In this document: positions 39,901 through 54,131 of the stretch, piece by piece
How positions within the stretch are numbered: the stretch's first letter is position 1
How the letters are laid out: the number at the start of each line of letters is the position of its first letter
Made by a program: the position numbers and the translations under genes
The notes under the pieces: generated by a model
Databases searched by the model: none
What the model saw: the letters and a program-made list of their open reading frames with translations, nothing else
Told to the model about the DNA's origin: nothing
Assembly: GCA_964016885.1 (NCBI GenBank)
Contig: OZ024757.1
Span: 42,842,001-42,906,000 of the forward strand
Direction of reading: 5' to 3'
Source: Eledone cirrhosa
Lineage: Eukaryota
DNA: 64,000 bases

Positions 39901-42900
39901 ACAAGGCCGCAGTACCGTAGTGCGCATGCGCCAAGGCCATATGACCGTAGTGCGCATGCGCCAAGGCCGCCGGACCGTAGTGCGCATGCGCCAAGTCCGC
40001 CGGATCGTAGTGCGCATGCGCCAAAGCCGCCGAACCGTAGTGCGCATGCGCCAAGGCCGCCGATACATAGTGCACATGCGCCAAGGCCGTCGGACCATAC
40101 TGCGCATGCGCCAAGGCCGCCGGACCGTAGTGCGCATGTGCCAAGGCCGCCTGACTGTACTGCGCATGCGTCAAGGTCGCAGTACCGAACTGCGCATGCG
40201 CTAAGGCCGCCGGACCGTAGTGCGCATGCGCCAAGGCCGCCTGACTGTACTGCGCATGCATCAAGGTCCCAGTACCGTACTGCGCATGCACCAAGACCGC
40301 CGGACCGTAGTGCGCATGCGCCAGAGCCGCCGAACCGTAGTTCGCATGCGCCAAGGCCGCCGGAACGTACTGCGCATGCGCTAAGGCCGCCGGACCTTAC
40401 TGCGCATGCGCCAAGGCCACTGGACAGTACTGCGCATGCGTCAAGGCCACCAGAACGTAGTGCGCATGCGCCAAGGCCGCCGTACCGTTGTGCGCATGCG
40501 CAAAGACCGCTGGCCCTTAGTGCGCATGCGCCATGGCCGCCGGACCTTACTGCGCATGCGCCAAGGCCACTGGACTGTAGTGCGCATGCCCCAAGGCCAC
40601 TGGACAGTACTGCGCATGCGTCAAGGCCACCGGAACGTAGTGCGCATGCGCCAAGGCCGCCGTACCGTTGTGCGCATGCGCCAAGGCCGCTGGACCGTAC
40701 TGCGCATGCGCAAAGGCCACCGGAACGTAGTGCGCATGCGCCAAGGCCGCCGGAACGTAGTGCGCATGCGCCAAGGCCGCCGGACCGTAGTGCGCATGCG
40801 CCAAGACTGACAGACCATAGTGCGCATGCGTCAAAGCCGCCGGACCTTACTGCGCATGCGCCAAGGCCACTGGAGCGTACTGCGCATGCGCCAAGGCCAC
40901 CGGAACGTAGTGCGCATGCGCCAAGGCCGCCGGACCGTAGTGCGCATGCGCCAAGGCTGCCAGACCGTAGTGCGCATGCGCCAAGGCCGCCGGACCGTAC
41001 TGCGCATGTGCCAAGGCCACCGGAACGTAGTGCGCATGCGGGAAGGTCGCCGGTCCGTAGTGCGCATGCGCCAAGGCCGCCGAACCGCATGCGCACAAAG
41101 GTCCGGCGGCCTTGGCGCATGCGCAGTACGGTTCGGCGGCCTTGGCGCATGCGCACTACGGTCTGGCGGCCTTGGCACATGCGCACTACGGTCCGACGGC
41201 CTTGGGGCATGCGCAGTAAGATCCGGCGGTCTTGGAGCATGCGCACTACGGTCTGGCGGCCTTGGCGCATGCGCACTACGGTCTGGCAGCCTTGGCGCAT
41301 GCGCACTACGGTCCGGCGGCCTTGGCGCATGCGCACTACTTTCCGGTGGCCTTGGCGCATGCGCAGTACGCTCCAGTGGCCTTGGCGCATGCGCAGTAAG
41401 GTCCGGCGGCTTTGGCGCATGCGCACTATGGTCTGTGAGTCTTGGCGCATGCGCACTACGGTCCGGCGGCCTTGGCGCATGCGCACTACGTTCCGGCGGC
41501 CTTGGCGCATGCGCACTACGTTCCGGTGGCCTTTGCGCATGCGCAGTACGGTCCAGCGGCCTTGGCGCATGCGCACAACGGTACGGCGGCCTTGGCGCAT
41601 GCGCACTACGGCCCGGTGGCCTTGACGCATGCGCAATACTGTCCAGTGGCCTTGGGGCATGCGCACTACAGTCCAGTGGCCTTGGCGCATGCGTAATAAG
41701 GTCCGGCGGCCATGGCGCATGCGCACTAAGGGCCAGCGGTCTTTGCGCATGCGCACAACGGTACGGCGGCCTTGGCGCATGCGCACTACGTTCTGGTGGC
41801 CTTGACGCATGCGCAGTACTGTCCAGTGGCCTTGGCGCATGCGCAGTAAGGTCCGGCGGCCTTAGCGCATGCGCAGTACGTTCCGGCGGCCTTGGCGCAT
41901 GCTCACTAAGATGGCCATCGTTCTTTGCGCATGCGCACAACGGTCCGGCGGCCTTGGTGCATGCGCACTACGGTCCGGCAGCCTTGGCGCATGCGCACTA
42001 CGGTCCGCTGGCTTTGGTGCATGCGCACTACGGTCTAGCAGCATTGGGGCATGCGCACTACAACCCGGCGGCCTTGGCGCATGCGCAGTACGGCCCGGCG
42101 ACCTTGGCGCATGCGCACTACGGTCTGGCGGCCTTGGCGCACGCGCACTACGGTCCGGCGGTCTTGGCGCATGCGCACTACGGTCCGGCGACCTTGCCGC
42201 ATGCGCACTACGTTCCGGTGGCCTTGGCACATGCGCAGATGGACCGTAGTGCGCATGCGCCAAGGCCACCGGACCGTACTGCACATGCGCCAAGGACGCC
42301 GGACCGTAGTGCGCATGCGCCAAAGCCACCGGACCGTAGTGCGCATGCGACAATGCCGCAGTACCGTAGTGCGCATGCGCCAAGGCCACATGACCGTAGT
42401 GCGCATGCGCCAAGGCTGCCGGACCGTAGTGCGCATGCGCCAAGGCCGCCGGATCGTAGTGCGCATGCGCCAAAGCCGCCGAACCGTAGTGCGCATGCGC
42501 CAAGGCCGCCGGACCGTAGTGCGCATGCGCCAAGGCCGCCTGACTGTACTGCGCATGCGTCAAGGTCCCAGTACCGAACTGCGCATGCGCTAAGGCCGCC
42601 GGACCGTACTGCGTATGCGCCAAGGCCGCCGGACCGCAGTGCGCATGCGCCAGAGCCGCCGAACCGTAGTGCGCCTGCGTCAAGGTCGCCGGACCATACT
42701 GCGCATGTGCCAAGCCCGCCGGACCGTAGTGCGCATGCGCTAAGGCCGCCGAACCGTACTGCGCATGCGCCAAAGCAGCTGCACCGTAGTGCGCATGCGC
42801 CAAGGCCACCGGACGGTACTGCGCATGCACCAAGACCGCCGGATCGTACTGCGCATGCCCCAAGGCCGTCGGACCGTAGTGCGCATGTGCCAAGGCCGCC

Positions 42901-43458
42901 AGACCGTAGTGCGCATGCTCCAAGGCCGCCGGATCTTACTGCGCATGCCCCAAGGCCGTCGGATGGTAGTGCGCATGTGCCAAGGCCGCCAGACCGTAGT
43001 GCGCATGCGCCAAGGCCGCCGAACCGTACTGCGCATGCGCCAAGGCCGCCGGATCTTTGTGCGCATGCGGTTCGGTGGCCTTGGCGCATGCGCACTACTG
43101 TCCGGCGACCTTCCCGCATGCGCACTACGTTCCGGCGGCCTTGGCGCATGCGCACTACGTTCCGGTGGCCTTGGCGCATGCGCAGTACTGTCCAGTGGCC
43201 TTGGCGCATGCGCAGTAAGGTCCGGCAGCCTTAGCGCATGCGCACTACGGTACAGTGGCCTTATCGCATGCGCAGTAAGGTCCGGCGGCCATGGCGCATG
43301 CGCACTAAGGGCCAGCGGTCTTTGCGCATAGGCACAACGGTCCGGCGGCCTTCGCGCCTGCGCACTACGGTCCGGCGGCTTTGGTGCATGCGCACTACGT
43401 TCCGGTGGCCTTGGCGCATGCGCAGTACTGTCCAGTGGCCTTGGCGCATGCGCAGTAA
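36941..43458 (+). repeat. 6.5-kb segment directly duplicated at 57483-64000 (offset 20,542; runs off window end)
   Basis: Constant 20542 offset (37125/57667, 39141/59683, 40820/61362, 43261/63803); only scattered SNVs seen. Confidence 0.93.
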
Positions 43459-45635
43459 GGTCCGGCAGCCTTAGCGCATGCGCAGTACGTTCCGGCGGCC
43501 TTGGCGCATGCGCACGAAGGGCCATCGTTCTTTGCGCATGCGCACAACGGTCCGGCGGCCTTGGTGCATGCGCACTACGGTCCGGCGGCCTTGGCGCATG
43601 CGCACTACGGTCCGGCGGCTTTGGTGCATGCGCACTACGGTCTAGCAGCATTGGGGCATGCGCACTACAGCCCGGCGGCCTTGGCGCATGCGCAGTACGG
43701 CCCGGCGACCTTGGCGCATGCGCCCTACGGTCTGGCGGCCTTGGCGCACGCGCACTACGGTCCGGCGGTCTTGGCGCATGCGCACTACGGTCCGGCGACC
43801 TTGCCGCATGCGCACTACGTTCCGGTGGCCTTGGCACATGCGCAGTACGGTCCGGTGGCTTTGGCGCATGCGCACTACGGTCTGGCAGACTTGGCGCATG
43901 CGCACTACGGTCCGATGGCCTTGGCGCATGCGCACTACGTCCTGCTGGCCTTGGCGCCTGCACAGTACAGTCCAGTGGCCTTGGCGCATGCGCAGTAAGG
44001 CCCGGCGGCCTTAGCGCATGCGCAGTAAGGTCCGGCGGCCATGGCGCATGCGCACTAAGGGCCAGCGGTCTTTGCGCATGCGCACAATGGTACGGCGGCC
44101 TTGGCGCATGCGCACTACGTTCCGATGGCCTTGACGCATGCGCAGTACTGTCCAGTGGCCTTGGCGCATGCGCAGTAAGGTCCGGCGGCCTTAGCGCATG
44201 CGCAGTACGTTCCGGCGGCCTTGGCGCATGTGCACTAAGGGCCATCGTTCTTTGCGCATGCGCACAACGGTCCGGCGGCCTTGGTGCATGCGCACTACGG
44301 TCCGGCGGCCTTGGCGCATGCGCACTACGGTCCGGCGGCTTTGGTGCATGCGCACTACGGTCTAGCAGCATTGGAGCATGCACACTACAGCCCGGCGGCC
44401 TTGGCGCATGCGCAGTACGGCCCGGCGACCTTGGCGCATGCGCACTACGGTCTGGCGGCCTTGGCGCACGCGCACTACGGTCCGGCGGTCTTGGCGCATG
44501 CGCACTACGGTCCGGCGGCCTTGCCGCATGCGCACTACGTTCCGGTGGCCTTGGCACATGCGCAGTACGGTCCGGTGGCTTTGGCGCATGCGCACTACGG
44601 TCTGGCAGACTTGAAGCATGCGCACTACGGTCCGATGGCCTTGGCGCATGCGCACTACGTCCTGGTGGCCTTGGCGCATGCGCAGTACAGTCCAGTGGCC
44701 TTGGCGCATGCGCAGTGAGGTCCGGCGGCCTTAGCGCATGCGCAGTAAGGTCCGGCGGCCATGGCGCATGCGCACTAAGGGTCAGCGGTCTTTGCGCATG
44801 CGCACAACGGTACGGCGGCCTTGGCGCATGCACACTACGGCCCGGCGGCCTTGGCGCCTGCACACTACGGTCCGGCGGCTTTGGTGCATGCGCACTACGG
44901 TCCGGCGGCGCGCACTACGTTCCGGTGGCCTTGGCGCATGCGCAGTACGCTCCAGTGGCCTTGGCGCATGCGCAGTAAGGTCCGACGGCTTTGGCGCATG
45001 CGCACTATGGTCTTTCAGTTTTGGCGCATGCGCACTACGGTCCGGCGGCCTTCGCGCATGCGCACTACGTTCCGGCGGCCTTGGCGCATGCGCACTACGT
45101 TCCGGTGGCCTTTGCGCATGCGCAGTACGGTCCAGCGGCCTTGGCGCATGCGCACAACGGTACGGCGGCCTTGGCGCATGCGCACTACGTTCCGGTGGCC
45201 TTGGCGCATGCGCAGTACTGTCCAGTGGCCTTGGCGCATGTGCAGTAATGTCCGGCGGCCTTAGCGCATGCGCAGTACGTTCCGACGGCCTTGGCGCATG
45301 CGCACTAAGGGCCATCGTTCTTTGCGCATGCGCACAACGGTCCGGCGGCCTTGGTGCATGCGCACTACGGTCCGGCGGCCTTAGCGCATGCGCAGTTCGG
45401 TACTGCGACCTTGACGCATGCGCAGTACAGTCAGGTGGCCTTGGCGCATGCGCACAACGGTCCGGCGCCCTTGGCGCATGCGCAGTATGGTCCGACGGCC
45501 TTGGCGCATGTGCACTATGTATCGGCGGCCTTGGCGCATGCGCACTACGGTTAGGCGGCTTTGGCGCATGCGCACTACGATCAGGCCGTCTCGGCGCGTG
45601 CGCAGTACGGTCTGGCGGTCTTGGCGCATGGGCAC

Positions 45636-45901
45636 GTCATCAAAAAGGACTAACATGGCCGAAATGTCATCATGTATGTCTGAAATTACAACAAAATGGC
45701 TAAGACGGCATAATAAATGACTAAAGTGACAATAAAATGCTAAAACCGTATCATAATTGACTAGAATGACTCTAACACGACTGAAACGTCTAAAATGACT
45801 ATAAATGGCTCTAAAATGGTTAAACTGCATCATAAATTTCTAAAATAACTCAAAATGGCTAAATATGGCAACATAAAGGCTTAAAATGGCTAAAAAGTCA
45901 T
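45636..45901 (+). repeat. AT-rich spacer type B, full length
   Basis: Matches 28810-29075 (offset 16826), including the AAATTTCTAAAA variant. Confidence 0.95.
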
Positions 45902-48900
45902 CCGGACCGTACTGCACATGCTTCAAGGACTTCGGACCGTCGTGCGCATGCGCCAAGGCCTCCGAACCGTAGTGCGCATGCGCCAACGCCGCCGGACCGT
46001 AGTGCGCATGCGCCAAGGCCGCCGGACCGTAGTGCGCATGCGCCAAGGCCGCCAGACCGTAGTGCACATGCGCCAAGGCCGCCGGGCCGTACTGCGCATG
46101 CGCCAAGGCCGCCGGACCGTAGTGCGCATGCGCCAATGCTGCCAGACCGTAGTGCGCATGCACCAAAGCTGCCGGACCGTAGTGCGCATGCGCCAAGGCC
46201 GCCGGACCGTTGTGCGCATGCGCCAAGGCCACTGGACCGTAGTGCGCACGCGCCAATGCCATCGGACCGTAGTGCGCATGCGCCAAGTCTGCCAGACCGT
46301 AGTGCGAATGCGCTAAAGCCACCGGACCGTACTGCGCATGTGCCAAGGCCACCGGAACGTAGTGCGCATGCGGCAAGGTCGCCGGACCGTAGTGCGCATG
46401 CGCCAATGCTGCCAGACCGTAGTGCGCATGCGCCAAGGCCGCCGTGCCGTAGTGTGCATGCGCCAAGGCCGCCGGACCGTTGTGCGCATGCGCAAAGACC
46501 GCTGGCCCTTAGTGCGCATGCACCAAGGCCGCCGGACCGTTGTGCGCATGCGCAAAGAACAATGGCCCTTAGTGCGCATGCGCCAAGGCCGCCGTAACGT
46601 ACTGCGCATGCGCTCAGGCCGCCGGACCTTACTGCGCATGCGCCAAGGCCACTGGACAGTACTGCGCATGCGTCAAGGCCACCGGAAAGTAGTGCGCATG
46701 CGCCAAGGCCGCCGTACCGTTGTGCGCATGCGCAAAGACCGCTGGCCCTTAGTGCGCATGCGCCATGGCCGCCGGACCTTACTGCGCATGCGCCAAGGCC
46801 ACTGGACTGTACTGCGCATGCGCCAAGGCCACCAGGACGTAGTGCGCATGCGCCAAGGCCATCGGACCGTAGTGCGCATGCGCCAAGTCTGCCAGACCGT
46901 AGTGCGCATGCGCCAAAGCCACCGGACCGTACTGCGCATGTGCCAAGGCCACCGGAACGTAGTGCGCATGCGGCAAGGTCGCCGGACCGTAGTGCGCATG
47001 CGCCAAGACCGCCGGACTGTAGTGCGCGTGCGCCAAGGCCGCCAGACCGTAGTGCGCATGCGCCAAGGTCGCCGGGCCGTACTGCGCATGCGCCAAGGCC
47101 GCCGGGCTTTAGTGCGTATGCCCCAATGCTGCTAGACCGTAGTGCGTATGCACCAAAGCCGCCGGACCGTAGTGCGCATGCGCCAAGGCCGCCGGACCGT
47201 AGTGCGCATGCACCAAGGCCGCCGGACCGTTGTGCGCATGCGCAAAGAACGATGGCCCTTAGTGCGCATGCGCCAAGGCCGCCGGAACGTACTGCGCATG
47301 CGCTAAGGCTGTCGGACCTTACTGCGCATGCGCCAAGGCCACTGGACAGTACTGCGCATGCGCCAAGGCCACCGGAACGTAGTGCGCATGCGCCAAGGCC
47401 GCCGTACCGTTGTGCGCATGCGCCAAGGCCGCTGGACCGTACTGCGCATGCGCAAAGGCCACCGGAACGTAGTGTGCATGCGCCAAGGCCGCCGGAACGT
47501 AGTCCGCATGCGCGAAGGCCGCCGGACCGTAGTGCGCATGCGCCAAGACTGACAGACCATAGTGCGCATGCACCAAAGCCGCCGGACCTTACTGCGCATG
47601 CGCCAAGGCCACTGGAGCGTACTGCGCATGCGCCAAGGCCACCGGAACGTAGTGCGCATGCGCCAAGGCCGCCGCACCGTAGTGCGCATGCGCCAAGGCT
47701 GCCAGACCGTAGTGCGCATGCGCCAAAGCCGCCGGACCGTACTGCGCATGTGCCAAGGCCACCGGAACGTAGTGCGCATGCGGGGAGGTCGCCGGACCGT
47801 AGTGCGCATGCGCCAAGGCCGCCGAACCGCATGCGCACAAAGGTCCGGTGGCCTTGGCGCATGCGCAGTACGGTTCGGCCGCCTTGGCGCATGCGCACTA
47901 CGGTCCGGCGGCCTTAGCGCATGCGCAGTTCGGTACTGGGACCTTGACGCATGCGCAGTACAGTCAGTCGGTCTTGGCGCATGCACACTACGGTCCGGCG
48001 GCCTTGGCGCATGCGCAGTACGGTTCGGCGGCTTTGGCGCATGCGCACTACGGTCCGGCGGCCTTGGCACATGCGCAGTACGGTCCGGCGGCCTTAACGC
48101 ATGCGCAGTTCGGTACTGCGACCTTGACGCATGCGCAGTACAGTCAGGCGGCCTTGGCGCACGCGCAGTACGGTCCGGCGGCTTTAGCGCATGCGCAGTT
48201 CGGTACTGCGACCTTGACGCATGCGCAGTACAGTCAGGTGGCCTTGGCGCATGCGCACTACGGTCCGGCGTCTTTGGCGCATGCGCACTACGGTCCGGCG
48301 GCCCTGGCGCATGCGCAGTATGGTCCGGCGGCCTTGGCGCATGCGCACTACGGTTCGGCGGCTCTGGCGCATGCGCACTACGGTCCGGCGGTCTTGGTGC
48401 ATGCGCAGTACGGTACTGGGACCTTGATGCATGCGCAGTACAGTCAGGCGGCCTTGGCGCATGCGCACTACGGTCCGGCGGCCTTGGCGCATGCGCAGTA
48501 CGGTCCGGCGGCCTTAGCGCATGCGCAGTTCGGTACTGCGACCTTGACGCATGCGCAGTACAGTCAGGTGGCCTTGGCGCATGCGCAGTACGGTCCGGCG
48601 GCCTTAGCGCATGCGCAGTTCGGTACTGCGACCTTGACGCATGCGCAGTACAGTCAGGCGGCCTTGGCACATGCGCACTACGGTCCGGCGGCCTTGGCGC
48701 ATGCGCAGTATGGTCCGACGGCCTTGGCGCATGTGCACTATGTATCGGCGGCCTTGGCGCATGCGCACTACGGTTCGGCGGCTTTGGCGCATGCGCACTA
48801 CGGTTCGGCGGCTTTGGCGCATGCGCACTACGATCCGGCGGCCTTGGCGCATGCGCACTACGGTCCGGCGGACTTGGCGCATGCGCACTACGGTCATATG

Positions 48901-49310
48901 GCCTTGGCGCATGCGCACTACGGTACTGCGGCCTTGTCGCATGCGCAGTACGGTACTGCGGACTTGGCGCATGCGCAGTACGGTCAGGCGGCTTTGGCCC
49001 ATGCGCACTACGGTCCGGCGGGCTTGGCGCATGCGCAGTATGGTCCGGCGACCATGACGCATGCGCACTACGGTTCGGCGGCTCTGGCGCATGCGCACTG
49101 CGGGCCGGCGGCCTTGGCGCATGCGCAGTACGGTCCGGCGGCCTTAGCGCATGCGCAGTTCGGTACTGGGACCTTGACGCATGCGCAGTACAGTCAGGCG
49201 GCCTTGGCGCATGCGCACTACGGTCCGGCGGCCTTGGCGCATGCGCACTACGGTCCGGCGGCTTTGGCACATGCGCAGTACGGTCCGGCGGCCTTAACGC
49301 ATGCGCAGTT

Positions 49311-52300
49311 CGGACCGTAGTGCGCATGCGCCAAGGCCGCCGGACCGTAGTGCGCATGCACCAAGGCCGCCGGACCGTTGTGCGCATGCGCAAAGAACGA
49401 TGGCCCTTAGTGCGCATGCGCCAAGGCCGCCGGAACGTACTGCGCATGCGCTAAGGCTGCCGGACCTTACTGCGCATGCGCCAAGGCCACTGGACAGTAC
49501 TGCGCATGCGCCAAGGCCACCGGAACGTAGTGCGCATGCACCAAAGCCGCCGGACCGTAGTGCGCAGGCGCCAAGGCCGCCGGACCGTTGTGCGCATGCG
49601 CAAAGACCGCTGGCCCTTAGTGCGCATGCGCCATGGCCGCCGGACCTTACTGCGCATGCGATAAGGCCACTGGACCGTAGTGCGCATGCGCTAAGGCTGC
49701 CGGACCTTACTGCGCATGCGCCAAGGCCACTGGACAGTACTGCGCATGCGCCAAGGCCACCGGAACGTAGTGCGCATGCGCCAAGGCCGCCGGAACGTAG
49801 TGCGCATGCGGGAAGGTCGCCGGACAGTAGTGCGCATGCGCCAAGGCCACCGAACCGCATGCGCACAAAGATCCGGCGGCCTTGGCGCATGCGCAGTACG
49901 GTTCGGCGGCCTTGGCGCATGCGCACTACGGTCTGGCGGCCTTGGCACATGCGCACTACCATCCGACGGCCTTGGGGCATGCGCAGTAAGATCCGGCGGC
50001 CTTGGAGCATGCGCACTACGGTCTGGCGGCTTTGGCACATGCGCACTACGGTCCGACGGCCTTGGGGCATGCGCAGTACGATCCGGCGGTCTTGGTGCAT
50101 GCGCAGTACCGTCCGGTGGCCTTGGCGCATGCGCACTACGGTGCAGCTGCTTTGGCGCATGCGCAGTACGGTTCGGCGGCCTTAGCGCATGCGCACTACG
50201 GTCCGGCGGGCTTGGCACATGCGCAGTATGGTCCGGCGACCTTGACGCAGGCGCACTACGGTTCGGCGGCTCTGGCGCATGCGCACTGCGGTCCGGCGGC
50301 CTTGGCGCATGCGCAGTACGGTCCGGCGGCCTTAGCGCATGCGCAGTTCGGTACTGCGACCTTGACGCATGCGCAGTACAGTCAGGCGGCCTTGGCACAT
50401 GCGCACTACGGTCCGGCGGCCTTGGCGCATGCGCAGTATGGTCCGACGGCCTTGGCGCATGTGCACTATGTATCGGCGGCCTTGGCGCATGCGCACTACG
50501 GTTCGGCGGCTTTGGCGCATGCGCACTACGATCCGGCGGCCTTGGCGCATGCGCACTACGGTCATATGGCCTTGGCGCATGCGCACTACGGTACTGCGGC
50601 CTTGTCGCATGCGCAGTACGGTACTGCGGACTTGGCGCATGCGCAGTACGGTCAGGCGGCTTTGGCCCATGCGCACTACGGTCCGGCGGGCTTGGCGCAT
50701 GCGCAGTATGGTCCGGCGACCTTGACGCATGCGCACTACGGTTCGGCGGCTCTGGCGCATACGCACTGCGGTCCGGCGGCCTTGGCGCATGCGCAGTACG
50801 GTCCGGCGGCCTTAGCGCATGCGCAGTTCGGTACTGGGACCTTGACGCATGCGCAGTACAGTCAGGCGGCCTTGGCGCATGCGCACTACGGTCCGGCGGC
50901 CTTGGCGCATGCGCAGTACGGTCCGGCGGCCTTAACGCATGCGCAGTTCGGTACTGCGACCTTGACGCATGCGCAGTACAGTCAGGCGGCCTTGGCGCAT
51001 GCGCATTACGATCCGGCGGCCTTAGCGCATGCGCAGTTAAGTACTGCGACCTTGACGCATGCGCAGTACAGTCAGGTGGCCTTGGCGCATGCGCACTACG
51101 GGCCCGCGTCTTTGGCGCATGCGCACTACGGTCCGGCAGCCTTGGCGCATGCGCAGTATGGTCCGGCGGCCTTGGCGCATGAGCACTACGGTTCGGCGGC
51201 TCTGGCGCATGCGCACTACGGTCCGGCGGTCTTGGTGCATGCGCAGTACGGTACTGGGACTTTGATGCATGCGCAGTACAGTCAGGCGGCCTTGGCGCAT
51301 GCGCACTACGGTCCGGCGGTCTTGGCGCATGCGCAGTACGGTGCGCAAAGAACGATGGCCCTTAGTGCGCATGCGCCAAGGCCGCCGGAACGTACTGCGC
51401 ATGCGCTAAGGCCGCCGGACCTTACTGCGCATGCGCCAAGGCCACTGGACAGTACTGCGCATGCGTCAAGGCCACCGGAACGTAGTGCGCATGCGCCAAG
51501 GTTGCCGTACCATTGTGCGCATGCGCAAAGACCGCTGGCCCTTAGTGCGCATGCGCCATGGCCGCCGGACCTTACTGCGCATGCGCTAAGGCCACTGGGC
51601 CTTACTGCGCATGCGCCAAGGCCACTGGACTGTATTGTGCAGGCGCCAAGGCCAGCAGGACGTAGTGCGCATGCGCCAAGGCCATCGGACCGTAGTGCGC
51701 ATGCGCCAAGTCTGCCAGACCGTAGTGCGCATGCGCCAAAGCCACCGGACCGTACTGCGCATGTGCCAAGGCCACCGGAACGTAGTGCGCATGCGGCAAG
51801 GTCGCCGGACCGTAGTGCGCATGCGCCAAGACCGCCGGACCGTGGTGCGCGTGCGCCAAGGCCGCCAGACCGTAGTGCGCATGCGCCAAGGTCGCCGGGC
51901 CGTACTGCGCATGCGCCAAGGCCGCCGGGCTGTAGTGCGCATGCCCCAATGCTGCTAGACCGTAGTGCGCATGCACCAAAGCCGCCGGACCGTAGTGCGC
52001 ATGCGCCAAGGCTGCCGGACCGTAGTGCGCATGCACCAAGGCCGCCGGACCGTTGTGCGCATGCGCCAGAGCCGCCGAACCGTAGTGCGCATGCGTCAAG
52101 GTCCCAGTACCGAACTGCGCATGCGCTAAGGCCGCCGGACCGTACTGCGCATGCGCCAAGGCCGCCGGACCGCAGTGCGCATGCGCCAGAGCCGCCGAAC
52201 CGTAGTGCGCATGCGTCAAGGTCGCCGGACCATACAGCGCATGCGCCAAGCCCGCCGGACCGTAGTGCGCATGGGCCAAAGCCGCCTGACCGTACTGCGC

Positions 52301-53630
52301 ATGCGCCAAGTCCGCAGTACCGTACTGCGCATGCGACAAGGCCGCAGTACCGTAGTGCGCATGCGCCAAGGCCATATGACCGTAGTGCGCATGCGCCAAG
52401 GCCGCCGGATCGTAGTGCGCATGCGCCAAAGCCGCCGAACCGTAGTGCGCATGCGCCAAGGCCGCCGATACATAGTGCACATGCGCCAAGGCCGTCGGAC
52501 CATACTGCGCATGCGCCAAGGCCGCCGGACCGTAGTGAGCATGTGCCAAGGCCGCCTGACTGTACTGCGCATGCGTCAAGGTCGCAGTACCGAACTGCGC
52601 ATGCGCTAAGGCCGCCGGACCGTACTGCGCATGCGCCAAGGCCGCCGGACCGCAGTGCGCATGCGCCAGAGCCGCCGAACCGTAGTGCGCCTGCGTCAAG
52701 GTCGCCGGACCATACTACGCATGTGCCAAGCCCGCCGGACCGTAGTGCGCATGCGCTAAGGCCGCCGAACCGTACTGCGCATGCGCCAAAGCAGCTGCAC
52801 CGTAGTGCGCATGCGCCAAGGCCACCGGACGGTACTGCGCATGCACCAAGACCGCCGGATCGTACTGCGCATGCCCCAAGGCCGTCGGACCGTAGTGCGC
52901 ATGTGCCAAAGCCGCCAGACCGTAGTGCGCATGCTCCAAGGCCGCCGGATCTTACTGCGCATGCCCCAAGGCCGTCGGATGGTAGTGCGCATGTGCCAAA
53001 GCCGCCAGACCGTAGTGCGCATGCGCCAAGGCCGCCGAACCGTACTGCGCATGCGCCAAGGCCGCCGGATCTTTGTGCGCATGCGGTTCGGTGGCCTTGG
53101 CGCATGCGCACTACTGTCCGGCGACCTTCCCGCATGCGCACTACGTTCCGGCGGCCTTGGCGCATGCGCACTACGTTCCGGTGGCCTTGGCGCATGCGCA
53201 GTACTGTCCAGTGGCCTTGGCGCATGCGCAGTAAGGTCCGGCAGCCTTAGCGCATGCGCACTAAGGGCCAGCGGTCTTTGCGCATGCGCAGTAAGGTCCG
53301 GCGGCCATGGCGCATGCGCACTAAGGGACAGCGGTCTTTGCGCATGCGCACAACGGTCCGGCGGCCTTGGCGCCTGCGCACTACGGTCCGGCGGCTTTGG
53401 TGCATGCGCACTACGTTCCGGTGGCCTTGGCGCATGCGCAGTACTGTCCAGTGGCCTTGGCGCATGCGCAGTAAGGTCCGGCAGCCTTAGCGCATGCGCA
53501 GTACGTTCCGGCGGCCTTGGCGCATGCGCACTAAGGGCCATCGTTCTTTGCGCATGCGCACAACGGTCCGGCGGCCTTGGTGCATGCGCACTACGGTCCG
53601 GCGGCCTTGGCGCATGCGCACTACGGTCCG
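49311..53630. repeat. Large inverted repeat: arms 49311-50855 and 52086-53630, ~1.23-kb spacer
   Basis: Constant coordinate sum 102941 (49476/53465, 49716/53225, 50332/52609, 50790/52151); monomer variants mirror each other. Confidence 0.88.
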
Positions 53631-53899
53631 GCGGCTTTGGTGCATGCGCACTACGGTCTAGCAGCATTGGGGCATGCGCACTACAGCCCGGCGGCCTTGG
53701 CGCATGCGCACTACGGTCCGGCGACCTTGCCGCATGCGCACTACGTTCCGGTGGCCTTGGCACATGCGCAGTACGGTTCGGTGGCTTTGGCGCATGCGCA
53801 CTACGGTCTGGCAGACTTGGCGCATGCGCACTACGGTCCGATGGCCTTGGCGCATGCGCACTACGTCCTGGTGGCCTTGGCGCATGCGCAGTACAGTCC

Positions 53900-54131
53900 A
53901 TATTTAGCCATTTTGAGTTATTTTAGTAATTTATGATGCAGTTTAACCATTTTAGAGCCATTTATAGTCATTTTAGACGTTTCAGTCGTGTTAGAGTCAT
54001 TCTAGTCAATTATGATACGGTTTTAGCATTTTATTGTCACTTTAGTCATTTATTATGCCGTCTTAGCCATTTTTGTTGTAATTTCAGACATACATGATGA
54101 CATTTCGGCCATGTTAGTCCTTTTTGATGAC
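53900..54131 (-). repeat. AT-rich spacer type B, truncated form, inverted
   Basis: Reverse complement of 17273-17503 with the same junctions. Confidence 0.93.
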
